From: Promethearchaeia archaeon | Lineage (GTDB): Archaea > Asgardarchaeota > Lokiarchaeia > Sigyniarchaeales > SOKP01 | Assembly: GCA_046497275.1 (NCBI GenBank) | Contig: JAWOFX010000044.1 | Span: 4,774 to 36,773, forward strand | DNA: 32,000 nt | Direction: 5' to 3' | Shown: positions 17,389 to 27,763 of the stretch, in pieces | Layout: each line of letters begins with the position of its first letter | How positions within the stretch are numbered: the first letter of the stretch is position 1 | Position numbers and translations under genes: made by a program | The notes under the pieces: generated by a model | Databases searched by the model: none | What the model was told of the DNA's origin: nothing | The model's input: the letters and a program-made list of their open reading frames with translations, nothing else

Positions 17389-17531
17389 TCAATTTTTTTT
17401 TATTTTTGTTAATAATTGGTAATTTTTTAAATTTCTATTTAAAAGTTTTTAATTTGAATAAATTTTAACCATAAAAATATATTTTAATAGAGATTTGTTA
17501 AAGATAATTAAGAATCTAATTTGCGATTTAT

Positions 17532-18602
17532 ATGAGTATTCAATATTTAAATTTAGAAAAAAAGTCAGTTGATAAAGAACTGCAGAGATATTTCCAAACT
17601 CTTGAAAAAAGAGAAGTAGATGAGATATTTAAAGATTTTATTAACGAATTTAAAGGATTTATATTAAATGAGAAGGCGAAAAGATTACATCCCTCATTAT
17701 TAATAGCCGCATTTAAAGGAATCATTAATCCTATGTATTTGGAAGATCAAATAACTGATATCCGAAAAGTCTCTCTCTCAGTAGAATTTTTACATAACGC
17801 TCATTTAATTCAAGATGATCTAATAGATGATGATGAATATCGGAGGGGAAAGTTATCTTTTCATAGACAATTTAAAAATAATTTAAATCAATATTATGAG
17901 CATAAAAAGGAAGCACTTGATCAAAGAATTACACAATATGGTAAGGATATGAGTGTTTTAGGAAGTACATATGCTTATAACTTGGGTGTGGATATAATAA
18001 AAGATTCTGAATTTCCCGAAAAATTAAAATTAATGGCAATAAAAGAATATTCAGATGCTATTGATTATCTATTAAGAGGGCAAATAATAGAAGAATATAT
18101 GACAAATTACAGCATGGTTATGTCTTTAGAACAATATCTTAATATTGAGGAATTGATGAGAGCGAGAGTTTTTGAAAAATCAGTGAAAATTGGCGCCATA
18201 TTAGCAAAAGGAAATATTCATTATCAAATTAAGCCACTCTCAGAAGCTATGCTTAGGATTGGTCAAGCTTATGCGATTAAAGATGATCTGTTGGATGTTG
18301 AAGAAGATATTAAAGCAAGAAAGAAAAAAATAGTGTATATCCTTGCGATACAGAATACCAATGAAGAGCAATCAATTAAACTAAAAGAATTATTTTTAAA
18401 GGATAATATTTCGGATGATGATGTAAAAGAAATAAAAGAGATCTTTGAGGAAACGAGTGCTATGAAAATTGCTGAACATCTTTCAAAAAATTTAATTTCT
18501 CAAGCAAAAACATATTTAGAAGATATGTACCCTGATCTCAATAAGGATCAAAAAAAGTTTTTTATGACTTTTTCAGATTATGTTTTTGAAAGAGAATCAT
18601 AA
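17532..18602 (+). CDS. trans-isoprenyl diphosphate synthase (polyprenyl synthetase family), divergent
   Basis: KRLHP, first Asp-rich motif DDLIDDDEYRRG, GQ and second motif KDDLLD. The KT and FQ motifs are replaced. Confidence 0.8.
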   Translation: MSIQYLNLEKKSVDKELQRYFQTLEKREVDEIFKDFINEFKGFILNEKAKRLHPSLLIAAFKGIINPMYLEDQITDIRKVSLSVEFLHNAHLIQDDLIDDDEYRRGKLSFHRQFKNNLNQYYEHKKEALDQRITQYGKDMSVLGSTYAYNLGVDIIKDSEFPEKLKLMAIKEYSDAIDYLLRGQIIEEYMTNYSMVMSLEQYLNIEELMRARVFEKSVKIGAILAKGNIHYQIKPLSEAMLRIGQAYAIKDDLLDVEEDIKARKKKIVYILAIQNTNEEQSIKLKELFLKDNISDDDVKEIKEIFEETSAMKIAEHLSKNLISQAKTYLEDMYPDLNKDQKKFFMTFSDYVFERES

Positions 18603-18643
18603 ATAAAAAAGAAAGACTTTAGATAATTAATTCTTTTAAAATT

Positions 18644-19240
18644 CTATATTATTTCGGCATTTAACTCATAATTTTCTAACATCAAACAATTAATGGCCTT
18701 AAAAACTTCCAATACGTTATAATTCTCTAAGGCTGATGTCCGATAAAAGCCATCTAAATCGTTATTCTCTATAAACTCTTGGATAAGATGTTCTTTCACA
18801 ATTTCCATTTGAGAAGTTTTATCTAATAAATCAGTCTTACTCGCGACCAAAATCATTGGAATTTGTTTTTTTAATTTTTCTTTTAATAAATTATACCAAT
18901 ATTCAAGTTGTTGGAAAGAAGAATAACTAACCGAGTCGAAAACTAAAAGAGCACCATCAGCACCCTTTATAAATCTTGGAATCAATGGTTTAAAACGATC
19001 TTGCCCTCCAAAATCAAATATTGAATTAACGATACATTTTTCTTTCTTCTTATCAGAAAATTCATCCTTTAATTCAATGTCTATATAAGTAGAATGAAAA
19101 TTAATACCGATGGTAAGTTCAGTATTCATATTGAAAGAATTAAAGCAATATCTATTGAATAAACATGTTTTTCCAGCACCTCCACCTCCAACTATAACAA
19201 TTTTGAAGCAATAAGCGACTTCTTTACTAGCTTTCATCAT
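18644..19240 (-). CDS. Ras-superfamily small GTPase (Rab/Roc-like)
   Basis: G1 GGGGAGKT, G2 TIG, G3 DFGGQ, G4 SKTD, G5 TSAL; no C-terminal Cys. Confidence 0.9.
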   Translation of the reverse strand: MMKASKEVAYCFKIVIVGGGGAGKTCLFNRYCFNSFNMNTELTIGINFHSTYIDIELKDEFSDKKKEKCIVNSIFDFGGQDRFKPLIPRFIKGADGALLVFDSVSYSSFQQLEYWYNLLKEKLKKQIPMILVASKTDLLDKTSQMEIVKEHLIQEFIENNDLDGFYRTSALENYNVLEVFKAINCLMLENYELNAEII

Positions 19241-19432
19241 TAAGCTTTGTTATTAGCTCTTAAATACTGAATTAATTTCCAAAGAGTTTATGGTTAATCT
19301 AATTACTCATAGTTAAAAAAATAATTGAAAATCATCTATAATATAAGCATAAAATCTAAAAGTTTAATTTTCTTTATTTAAATAATTGATTTTAATTCAA
19401 ACTTCGATTAAATTATATTTAAGATTCTTATT

Positions 19433-20341
19433 ATGCTTGAAAAACTTCCTCCGGATAATATTGTAATACGTCCACCAGTAGAAGCATATTCTGTTCTAAT
19501 TCCCGTCACAGGGGGGTGCTCATGGAATAAATGCCGGTTTTGCGGAACCTATAAAGGAGTTTATGGAGTGATACAGGAATATGCCATTCGAGATTTAGAG
19601 AATGTAAAAAAAGATATTGATTATTATGCTGAAAAAAATTATCATGGATATCCCGTATTTTTAGCAGGGGGTAATCCCACTTCAGCTCCTACAGAATATC
19701 TTGTAGAAATATTATCATATGTAAGGAAAAAGATTCGAAATGTTCCACGTTTAAGCTGTTATGCAAAAGCCTTAGATATTCTAAGAAAATCAGATGATGA
19801 ATTAAAGCAATTAGCAGATGCAGGGCTGGATATCGTATATATGGGATTAGAGAGCGGTTCAAGCAAGATTTTACGGATAATGAAAAAAGGAACTAATGCG
19901 GAATCAATAATTGAAGCAGGAAAGAGGGTTATGAAAGCAGGAATTAAATTATCGCTTTATATAATTTTAGGATTAGGGGGTAAGAAATACTCTAAAGACC
20001 ATGTAGAAGGAACAGCAAGAGTCTTAACTGAGGTAAATCCTACTATTTTTCGATTTAGAACATTGAATATTCTCCCAAATACTCCTCTTTGGGATGATTG
20101 GAAATCTGGAAAGTTTGAATTATTAAGTCCCGTTGAGAATCTAAAGGAAGAAAAGCAAATAATTGAGTTATTAGGGGAAAACGTTGACTCCGAAGTCTAT
20201 AATGACCATGTTTCTAACTATTGTAATATAGAAACCGATAATATAAAAGAGGATAGGGAACGTTTCATAATAACATTAGAAAACATGATTAATGACCCCG
20301 CTATAAAAAGTATGCCTAGGATAAATCGCACAAGAATGTAA
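19433..20341 (+). CDS. radical SAM protein (RPPxE-type family), paralog 2
   Basis: CSWNKCRFC (CX4CX2C), RPPVE, FLAGGN, GLESG and NDHVSNY; clearly similar to 9029-9952. Confidence 0.85.
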   Translation: MLEKLPPDNIVIRPPVEAYSVLIPVTGGCSWNKCRFCGTYKGVYGVIQEYAIRDLENVKKDIDYYAEKNYHGYPVFLAGGNPTSAPTEYLVEILSYVRKKIRNVPRLSCYAKALDILRKSDDELKQLADAGLDIVYMGLESGSSKILRIMKKGTNAESIIEAGKRVMKAGIKLSLYIILGLGGKKYSKDHVEGTARVLTEVNPTIFRFRTLNILPNTPLWDDWKSGKFELLSPVENLKEEKQIIELLGENVDSEVYNDHVSNYCNIETDNIKEDRERFIITLENMINDPAIKSMPRINRTRM

Positions 20342-20546
20342 ATTCTTTTCACAATCATTAGGAGAGATTAATAGTAAACTAATTTTTTTTGATCATCAAT
20401 AAAATTTATTTTAAATGGGTTTACATATTATTAAAGATATTTCATTTAATCTCTATTATTCAAAAAACTTAATAGTTAGAAATATCTTAATTATTAACAT
20501 TCAAATTTCAAATAATTATTAGAATAATTAATTTATCTCTTTAAAT

Positions 20547-22007
20547 ATGACAGACTATTTTCGAAAAAAAATACATTATAATGATATTATCGCGACATTT
20601 GACGATATTTTAATTTTACCAGGGTATACTCAATCATATGAAGTTGATATTTCCGCTAAATTAGATAAGTATCATTTTAAAATCCCAATTATGACGGCTG
20701 CTATGGATACAGTGACAGAAGAGGAAATGGCCATAAAGATGGCTCTTCTCGGGGGGCTTGGAGTTCTACACCGAAATTGTTCTTATGAAAAACAATTAGA
20801 AATGTGTAAAAATGTAAAACGAGCACGCTCTTTTATAATCCGTGATGTTGCCACTATTGATGTAAATGCACCGGTTAGAAAAGCAAAACATTTGATGGAA
20901 AATACTGGGATTAGTGGACTTGTGGTCTTAAATAACGAAAATAAGGTTTGTGGGATCTTTACTAAACGAGATATTCCCTATTCAGAAGAGGAAGCACGTA
21001 AAGGAAAAGTTAAAGATTATATGACACGGGATCTAATTTCTATCGAACCAAATGTTTCAAGACAAGAAGCATTGGATGTACTCTATAAAAATAGAATAGA
21101 AAAGCTCCCAATTATTGAAGACGGATACTTGAGAGGGTTAATAACCAAAAAAGACTTGAAGCCTGAATTTCCTCATGCATCTATCGATAAGGAGGGTCGA
21201 TTATTATGTGCATTAGCAATCAGTCCAAAAATGCCTGAATCTAGTTCGACTCAAAAAAGACTAAAAGAAATTGATCAATTTGTTGATATTTTCTTTATTG
21301 ATGTTGCTGATTTTTATAAAGAGAAGGATATAGAGAGTGTTAAAAAGCTAATGGAATTTTTAGAATCGGAATTTGTACTTGGAAACATAGGCACCTATGA
21401 AGCTGCAGAACATCTTCTCTCAAAATGTGACTTTTTTGAAGATCGTTTTATTGGAATAAAAGTTGGAATGGGCTCGGGCTCAATTTGTTCAACTTCAATT
21501 CAAACTGGGGTTGGTGCTCCCACATTATTCGCAACTGCGCAAGTGGCTGATGCTATAAAAGATTATAACTCCAATATAGGATTAATTGCTGATGGAGGGT
21601 TTAAAAATCCTGGCGATTTACCTAAAGCATTTTCGGTTGGAGCAGATATGATCATGTCGGGTCATTTTTTTGCTGGCTGTACAGAAAGTCCTGGATATAT
21701 TGATACAATTCAAGGACGCAAGGTTAAAGTATATAGGGGAATGGGTTCTAAGGAAGCTAGGACCACTAATTATGTCCTTGATAGATATGTGGAAGGCGCA
21801 AAAACTTTGCCAGAAGGCGTATCAGATTATGTTCCTTATGTGGGCGAAGTATCTGGAGTTATAGAATCTCTTACTGAAGGACTCTCAAACGGAATGATCT
21901 ATGCTGGAGCACGGAATATAGACGAAATGAAAAACAATAAAATTGGTTTAGTAAGTGCTGTGGGGATGATTGAACAGAAACCACACGATCTGTTAGGAAA
22001 ATACTAA
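20547..22007 (+). CDS. guaB: IMP dehydrogenase with CBS pair (GMP reductase not fully excluded)
   Basis: TFDDILILP, AAMDTVT, GGLGVLH, two CBS domains, catalytic loop GMGSGSICST, IADGG, YRGMGS, flap RY and PEG. Confidence 0.78.
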   Translation: MTDYFRKKIHYNDIIATFDDILILPGYTQSYEVDISAKLDKYHFKIPIMTAAMDTVTEEEMAIKMALLGGLGVLHRNCSYEKQLEMCKNVKRARSFIIRDVATIDVNAPVRKAKHLMENTGISGLVVLNNENKVCGIFTKRDIPYSEEEARKGKVKDYMTRDLISIEPNVSRQEALDVLYKNRIEKLPIIEDGYLRGLITKKDLKPEFPHASIDKEGRLLCALAISPKMPESSSTQKRLKEIDQFVDIFFIDVADFYKEKDIESVKKLMEFLESEFVLGNIGTYEAAEHLLSKCDFFEDRFIGIKVGMGSGSICSTSIQTGVGAPTLFATAQVADAIKDYNSNIGLIADGGFKNPGDLPKAFSVGADMIMSGHFFAGCTESPGYIDTIQGRKVKVYRGMGSKEARTTNYVLDRYVEGAKTLPEGVSDYVPYVGEVSGVIESLTEGLSNGMIYAGARNIDEMKNNKIGLVSAVGMIEQKPHDLLGKY

Positions 22008-22125
22008 ATTTCAAGAAGATTCTTAATTATTTTTAATAAAAAAAAGGATCTAATTCATAAAGATAGTGAAATAAAAAAAGTTATATAATATATTTTTTAA
22101 GAAAAAATTAATCCTTTGAGTAGGT

Positions 22126-23811
22126 TTAGACTTCTTCTCCTCGTCTCTTTGCTTCTATGTCTTTAAGATCTTTTCTTTGTACTTTTCCTACTAGAGTTTC
22201 AGGGAGTTCTTTTCTAAATTCGATAAATTTTGGAGCTTTATATGGTGCGAGATTTTCCCTAGCAAATCCTTTAATTTCTGCTTTCATCTCATCAGTTTCC
22301 CTATATCCACTTTTTAGAACCACATAGGCTTTAACTAACTCACTTCCAGGAAGCTTCTCGTTTGGAATACCAATTATAGCCACATTTTCAATTGCTTCAT
22401 GTTCAAATAGCAAATCCTCTACTTCTCGAGGATAAACTTTAAATCCACTAACATTTACCATGTCTTTTTTCCTATCAACGATATATAAATAACCATCCTC
22501 GTCTATTTTGCCTATATCACCTGTTAGAATCCATCCATCTTTCAATTGATTTGCCGTCTCTTCTGGTTTATTCCAATACCCTTTCATCACTTGTGGGCCT
22601 TTTATCATTATCTCTCCTCTTTCCCCGATAGGTACAATTTTCGTATAATCTTCGACGTCAACTAATTTTACTTCTGTATCGGGAAACCCTAATCCGACTG
22701 AACCTATTTTTCTCTCACCATTTACTGGATTACTATGAGTTACAGGAGATGTTTCAGTCATTCCGTATCCCTCGAGGATCTTTCCCCCTGTTCTTTCTTC
22801 AAATTCCTTCAATACTTCTGGAGGCATAGGAGCTGCCCCTGTATTACATACTCTTATTGATTTTAAGTCTTTTGCATAATCCTCAAGATCATCTCTTTCC
22901 AACAAACGCATATACATAGTTGGAACTCCTGGAAATAATGCTGGTTGAGTAGATTTAATTATTTCGAAAAGTGACTTTTGATCTCTCGGATCCGGGTTCA
23001 AAGCAATTGTGGATGCATTATATATAGGAGTATTCATACAAACGGTCATTCCATAGATATGAAACAAGGGTAAATTTGTTAGAGCTGTATCTTTCCCTCT
23101 TTCTGTTTCTGCAGCGACCCATGTTGCTGTTGCCACACAGTTAGATACAATGTTATAATGAGTTAACATAGCACCTTTAGGGAGACCAGTTGTCCCTCCT
23201 GTATACTGTAGAATTGCAATATCCTCTTTTGCATTTGTTTCGAATTTTGGGGGATTAGGTTTTGTATCTCTAATTAGATTCAAGAATTGTTTAGTTCCAG
23301 CTATTTCAGGAGGCTTAATGGGAGGATTCGGTGAATAATCAAATACATTCGTAATAATGATATGTCGTAATCGTGTTCGTTCCTTGATATTGTTTATCTT
23401 TTCTAATTGATTATCCCAAGCTATTATAATTTCCGCTCCTGCATCATTTAATTGATATGCAAGTTCATGCTCCGTGTGAAGTACACTACAAGCTGTTACA
23501 ATTCCTCCAGCTTTCTGAATTCCATAAAAACTAAAAAGAAACTGAGGAAAGTTTGGCAACATAATAGCAACTCTATCACCTTTCTTCACTCCAAGATTGA
23601 CTAAAGCTGTCGCTAATCTATCTGCAATATCTTTGAAATCTTTGTAGGAAATCTTATTTTTCATAAACCAAATTGCTGTATTTCTTCCAAAATCTTTAGC
23701 AGCACTATCAAGAAATTCTTTTATATTAATTTCAGGATAGTCAATATGATGGGGAACTTCCTTATCATAGTGTTTTAACCACGGTTTTTCGACATATGGA
23801 TTTTCACTCAT
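22126..23811 (-). CDS. fadD: long-chain fatty acid--CoA ligase
   Basis: LQYTGGTTGLPKG, LPLFHIYG, EGYGMTETSP, TGDIG, DRKKDM and terminal GKVQRK. Confidence 0.88.
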   Translation of the reverse strand: MSENPYVEKPWLKHYDKEVPHHIDYPEINIKEFLDSAAKDFGRNTAIWFMKNKISYKDFKDIADRLATALVNLGVKKGDRVAIMLPNFPQFLFSFYGIQKAGGIVTACSVLHTEHELAYQLNDAGAEIIIAWDNQLEKINNIKERTRLRHIIITNVFDYSPNPPIKPPEIAGTKQFLNLIRDTKPNPPKFETNAKEDIAILQYTGGTTGLPKGAMLTHYNIVSNCVATATWVAAETERGKDTALTNLPLFHIYGMTVCMNTPIYNASTIALNPDPRDQKSLFEIIKSTQPALFPGVPTMYMRLLERDDLEDYAKDLKSIRVCNTGAAPMPPEVLKEFEERTGGKILEGYGMTETSPVTHSNPVNGERKIGSVGLGFPDTEVKLVDVEDYTKIVPIGERGEIMIKGPQVMKGYWNKPEETANQLKDGWILTGDIGKIDEDGYLYIVDRKKDMVNVSGFKVYPREVEDLLFEHEAIENVAIIGIPNEKLPGSELVKAYVVLKSGYRETDEMKAEIKGFARENLAPYKAPKFIEFRKELPETLVGKVQRKDLKDIEAKRRGEEV

Positions 23812-23890
23812 AAATTATAAACCAAATTTGTTGTTATTTTTTTTATTTTTTATTAGTTATTTATATTTTAATATTTGCTCTTAATAAAAA

Positions 23891-25228
23891 TCAACCTTCT
23901 ATATTATCTATAGCATTAATAGCAGATTCACATACATAATCACATTCATCATGAACTAAACTTTCTAAGCCAGAAAGTACTTCAGAAGTCTTCACTCCCA
24001 TTTTACCTAAAGCTTCAGAAGCTCTCCATCTTACATCGGGTTCTTTATCATTCAAAGCCTCTAATAAGGAAGGAATAGCACTTTCTGCATTTTTTCCAAT
24101 ATTACCAAGTGAGAGTGCGGCTTCACGTCTCACAGTACTTTTCGAATCTTTCAACGCTATTTCTAAAGCGTGAACAGCTGCATCGGAATTGAGACCAATT
24201 TTACCTAAAGTTCTTGCCGATTCTGCTCGAATAGTTTTTTTACCATTTTTTAGATAATTTATTACATCTGGTATAGCATTTTCAGCTTTTACTCCCATTC
24301 CTCCGATAGAGAATAAAATAATTCTTCTCATACTCTTATTCGCAGATTCTAGGTTATCAGTTAAAGCAGAAAGAGCCTCTTCTCCAATATTTTTCATTGC
24401 ATCGGCAGCCTTCCCTCGAACAGCCTCATCTTTATCACTTAATAATTTTGATAGGTTTTGAATCACTTTTGGATCTGGAATTTCTAAATCTCCTAATGCT
24501 TCTGTTGCGGTTTTTCGAATAACAGAGTTCTCATGATCCAAAACATTTAAAAGAGAAGGAATAGAAGCTTCTCCAATTTCTACTAAAGTATCTATAACTT
24601 TATATCTAACTCTCCAATCATAATCTCCAAGCGCATTAATCAATGCAGGAATAGCTTTTTCAGTATTTCTTCCGATTTCACTAATTGCCTCAGCAGCAGC
24701 AGATCTTACCTCCCAATTTATATCCTTCAATGCTTCCATCAACTCAGGAATAGCATCATACGCATCTGTTCCAATCTTTCCTAATGAATTAGCAGCTTCA
24801 ATCCTCACCTCGGGTGATTCATCCTTTAAGGTTTTTATTAGGTTCACAATAGCTTCATGTTTAGCACTCCCAATTTTACCCAAAGTAACAACGACGGCTT
24901 TCCTAATAGAGACTTCTTCATCATTTATAAAATTCGTTAATTCAGGAATGGCTTTTTCAGCGACATTACCAATTTTTCCTAAAGTTCTTGCGGATTCACG
25001 ACAGACACTCCAGTCTTCATCCCTTAAGCATGAAATTAATTCATCGATCGCACCTTCTGATTTATTTCCTAATTCACCTAAAACTAAAATAGCGTTGAAT
25101 CGGACAGATCTACTTTCACTATTTAAAAAATTAATTATATCATTAATAATAGAAGAATCTTTTTCAACTCTTGAAACAATTAAATCTATTCTTGCATTTC
25201 TTAGCAATTTTTCTAACGATGCTGACAT
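23891..25228 (-). CDS. HEAT-repeat (PBS lyase-like) protein
   Basis: About 12 repeats of ~31-aa units of the type L..D....VR..AA.ALG.IG. Confidence 0.9.
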   Translation of the reverse strand: MSASLEKLLRNARIDLIVSRVEKDSSIINDIINFLNSESRSVRFNAILVLGELGNKSEGAIDELISCLRDEDWSVCRESARTLGKIGNVAEKAIPELTNFINDEEVSIRKAVVVTLGKIGSAKHEAIVNLIKTLKDESPEVRIEAANSLGKIGTDAYDAIPELMEALKDINWEVRSAAAEAISEIGRNTEKAIPALINALGDYDWRVRYKVIDTLVEIGEASIPSLLNVLDHENSVIRKTATEALGDLEIPDPKVIQNLSKLLSDKDEAVRGKAADAMKNIGEEALSALTDNLESANKSMRRIILFSIGGMGVKAENAIPDVINYLKNGKKTIRAESARTLGKIGLNSDAAVHALEIALKDSKSTVRREAALSLGNIGKNAESAIPSLLEALNDKEPDVRWRASEALGKMGVKTSEVLSGLESLVHDECDYVCESAINAIDNIEG

Positions 25229-25242
25229 TTTTTTAAAACCTC

Positions 25243-25959
25243 CTATATTCCCAAATAAACCTCTTTTATTTTTGGTTCTCTCATCAATTCCTCTTTAGTT
25301 CCTCTCATCTCTATTTTTCCTTCTTCAAGAACATAAATGAGATCCGCAACTTCCATTGCTAAGGTGGCATCTTGTTCAACTAATAGAATAGTTGTGCCTT
25401 CTCTTCTGATTTTCTCGATTGCTTCAAAAATATTTATTTTTACCTTAGGGGCTAATCCTAATGATGGTTCATCCATCAAAAGCAATTTCGGATCGCCCAT
25501 AAGAGATCTGCCTATAGCAAGCATCTGTTGTTCTCCTCCACTTAGAGTACCCGCTCTTTGTTTTTGTCTCTCTTCAAGTCTCGGAAAAATTTCATATACA
25601 AATGATAATAATTCCTCATATCTGTCTCGATCCTTCACATTATGAGCACCAACATCTAAGTTTTCTAAAACTGTCATATCATAGAATAACCTTCGTCTTT
25701 CTGGACAGTGTATAATCCCTCTGGAGGAAATTTCATAAGGTTCTAATTCATCAATTCGCTCTTCCATAAAAAAGATTTTTCCTCTGTCTGGCTCTTCCAA
25801 TTTTGTAATCACTCGTAGAAGTGTAGTTTTTCCTGCTCCATTAGGCCCTATAACCGCATCGAGTGAACCTTCCTCTATAGTTAAATTGATCTCCTCTAAT
25901 GCTCTTGCTTTACCATAATAATGATATATTTTACTTATTTCAAGCAAATTCCTCTGCAC
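25243..25959 (-). CDS. livF: ABC transporter ATP-binding subunit, LivF-like (true start possibly TTG 25947)
   Basis: GPNGAGKTT, PERRRLF, LSGGEQQML and LLMDEPSLGLAP. Confidence 0.9.
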   Translation of the reverse strand: MQRNLLEISKIYHYYGKARALEEINLTIEEGSLDAVIGPNGAGKTTLLRVITKLEEPDRGKIFFMEERIDELEPYEISSRGIIHCPERRRLFYDMTVLENLDVGAHNVKDRDRYEELLSFVYEIFPRLEERQKQRAGTLSGGEQQMLAIGRSLMGDPKLLLMDEPSLGLAPKVKINIFEAIEKIRREGTTILLVEQDATLAMEVADLIYVLEEGKIEMRGTKEELMREPKIKEVYLGI

Positions 25960-26692
25960 CTCCTAAATATGCCTCTAAAACAATTTTATTGTTTGCAACT
26001 TCTCTTGGGGGTCCATCAGCTATAAACTTCCCTTGATGCATCGCAATTACTCTTGGAACTAAATTCATTAATTCGTGTAAAACATGACCTGTTATAAAAA
26101 TACTAACGCCATCATCATTTAATCTTTTTATTAGGTTTGTTATTTTCCCTTGTTCTTCATGAGTTAGACCACTAAAAGGTTCATCTAAAAGCAATAATTT
26201 CGGATTGGTTGCGACTGCTTTACCTATTTGTAGTCTTCTTAGATCGCCATGAGGTAAAATCACGGGAGGTAACCGAGCTTTATCAATCAATCCTACTGAT
26301 GTAAGGACTGTACTAGCATATTCATTTATTCCAATATCTTTTGAAACTCTTTTACCACGAGGTGACAAGCAAGAGACTTTAATGTTATCTAATAAAGTAA
26401 GGAATTTAAATGATCTAACTATCTGAAACGTTCTAGCAATTCCTATATTAACTATTTTATCGGGTCTTTTACCAGTAATTGTCATTCCATCAAATCTTAT
26501 TATCCCGCTATTTGGTTTCTCAAATCCTGAAATTAAATCAAATATAGTTGTTTTTCCTGCTCCATTAGGACCAATTAACCCAACAAATTCACCTCTATTT
26601 ATTTCAAGACTAAAATCGTTCACAGCGGTTAACCCACTAAATCTTTTTGTTAAATTTTTTATTTCTAAAATAATACCCATAATAATATACAC
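25940..26692 (-). CDS. livG: ABC transporter ATP-binding subunit, LivG-like
   Basis: GPNGAGKTT, GIARTFQ, LPHGDLRRL, LLLDEP and terminal V.EAYLG. Confidence 0.9.
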   Translation of the reverse strand: MYIIMGIILEIKNLTKRFSGLTAVNDFSLEINRGEFVGLIGPNGAGKTTIFDLISGFEKPNSGIIRFDGMTITGKRPDKIVNIGIARTFQIVRSFKFLTLLDNIKVSCLSPRGKRVSKDIGINEYASTVLTSVGLIDKARLPPVILPHGDLRRLQIGKAVATNPKLLLLDEPFSGLTHEEQGKITNLIKRLNDDGVSIFITGHVLHELMNLVPRVIAMHQGKFIADGPPREVANNKIVLEAYLGGAEEFA

Positions 26693-26704
26693 CTTTTTCG
26701 ATTT

Positions 26705-27763
26705 TTATTTTGCCATTAATACATCATATAGATCTTTCAAATGTTCGACTGCTGGTTTTAACATACCTTCTTCAGCAAAGCGAATCACGATTAATAAAAT
26801 TATTGATAAAATTAGTAGACCAATAGCAACAGAACCTCCAGCATAAACCAAGGATTCTAACACAAGAATAAAGAAAAATGCTCCCAATGCAGAACCAGTA
26901 ATCGTAGCAATACCTCCTATAGAGGCAAATATAACAGGATAGAAGGAGAATTGAACTTGAAAGCTCCCATAATCAGCACTTCTTGTGAACATAGCAAATA
27001 ACCCACCAGCTATGCTCGCAAATAATGCACTAATTATAAAGGCAATAATTTTTTTTTTTGAAATGTTTATTCCTGAAGCCCTTGCTCCTTTATCATCATC
27101 TCGTATTGCTTTAAGAGTTGTGCCAAAGTTAGACTTAGTAATAAGAAGCAGAGTGATAAGCGATATGATCATGAATATAAAATGAATATAATATGAAATG
27201 ACTGGGTTAGTAGATAGTTTTGGTATTCCAGTTATTCCAGGAATAAAATCATCAAAAACAGGCATTTTAAAAATAGTATATAAAATCACACCAAAAACTA
27301 AAGTTCCTAAAGCAAAATAAGGTCCCTTTAATCTCAACGCAGGGATTGCAATTATTAATCCTAATGCAATGGCTCCTAATGCACCTATCAAAAGAGCTAG
27401 TATCCAGTTCATATTTAAATTAACCAAAAGGAATCCAGTAATGTATCCTCCCATCCCAAGAAAAATTGCGTGTCCAAAACTTACTTGACCAACGAACCCA
27501 GCAAGGAAATCCCAACTAGCGGCAAAAATAGTATAAATCATTGCTTTGATGAAGAAACTTCTTAAATAGTATGGATCCTGTATAAATATTGGAATAATTG
27601 CTAAACCTATTAAACATAACATAGTTAAACCACCAATAAATTTTTTCAGCCAGAATTTTAAATTTATCGATTTTTCTTTAACTATTTCGATCAGTCTGTC
27701 AAAATTTCCGTTTTCTTTATATTTTTGCAATTTATTTGACCTCCTTTTTTCCAAATAGACCAC
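26705..27763 (-). CDS. livM: ABC transporter permease, LivM-like
   Basis: GQVSFGHAIFLGMGGY, LRLKGPYFAL and KAIRDD..A.ASGIN. The GTG start overlaps livH, so the real start may lie downstream. Confidence 0.85.
   Translation of the reverse strand: MVYLEKRRSNKLQKYKENGNFDRLIEIVKEKSINLKFWLKKFIGGLTMLCLIGLAIIPIFIQDPYYLRSFFIKAMIYTIFAASWDFLAGFVGQVSFGHAIFLGMGGYITGFLLVNLNMNWILALLIGALGAIALGLIIAIPALRLKGPYFALGTLVFGVILYTIFKMPVFDDFIPGITGIPKLSTNPVISYYIHFIFMIISLITLLLITKSNFGTTLKAIRDDDKGARASGINISKKKIIAFIISALFASIAGGLFAMFTRSADYGSFQVQFSFYPVIFASIGGIATITGSALGAFFFILVLESLVYAGGSVAIGLLILSIILLIVIRFAEEGMLKPAVEHLKDLYDVLMAK

Noticed and set aside
17532-19240. Functional link between the prenyl synthase and the adjacent small GTPase (prenylation)
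   Set aside because: The genes are convergent, the enzyme is a chain-elongating synthase rather than a protein prenyltransferase, and the GTPase has no C-terminal Cys.
23891-23893. TGA stops of the HEAT gene and of livG (25940-25942) as Sec codons
   Set aside because: Both proteins are complete at these points, no SECIS-like structure follows, and the livG stop overlaps the livF start.
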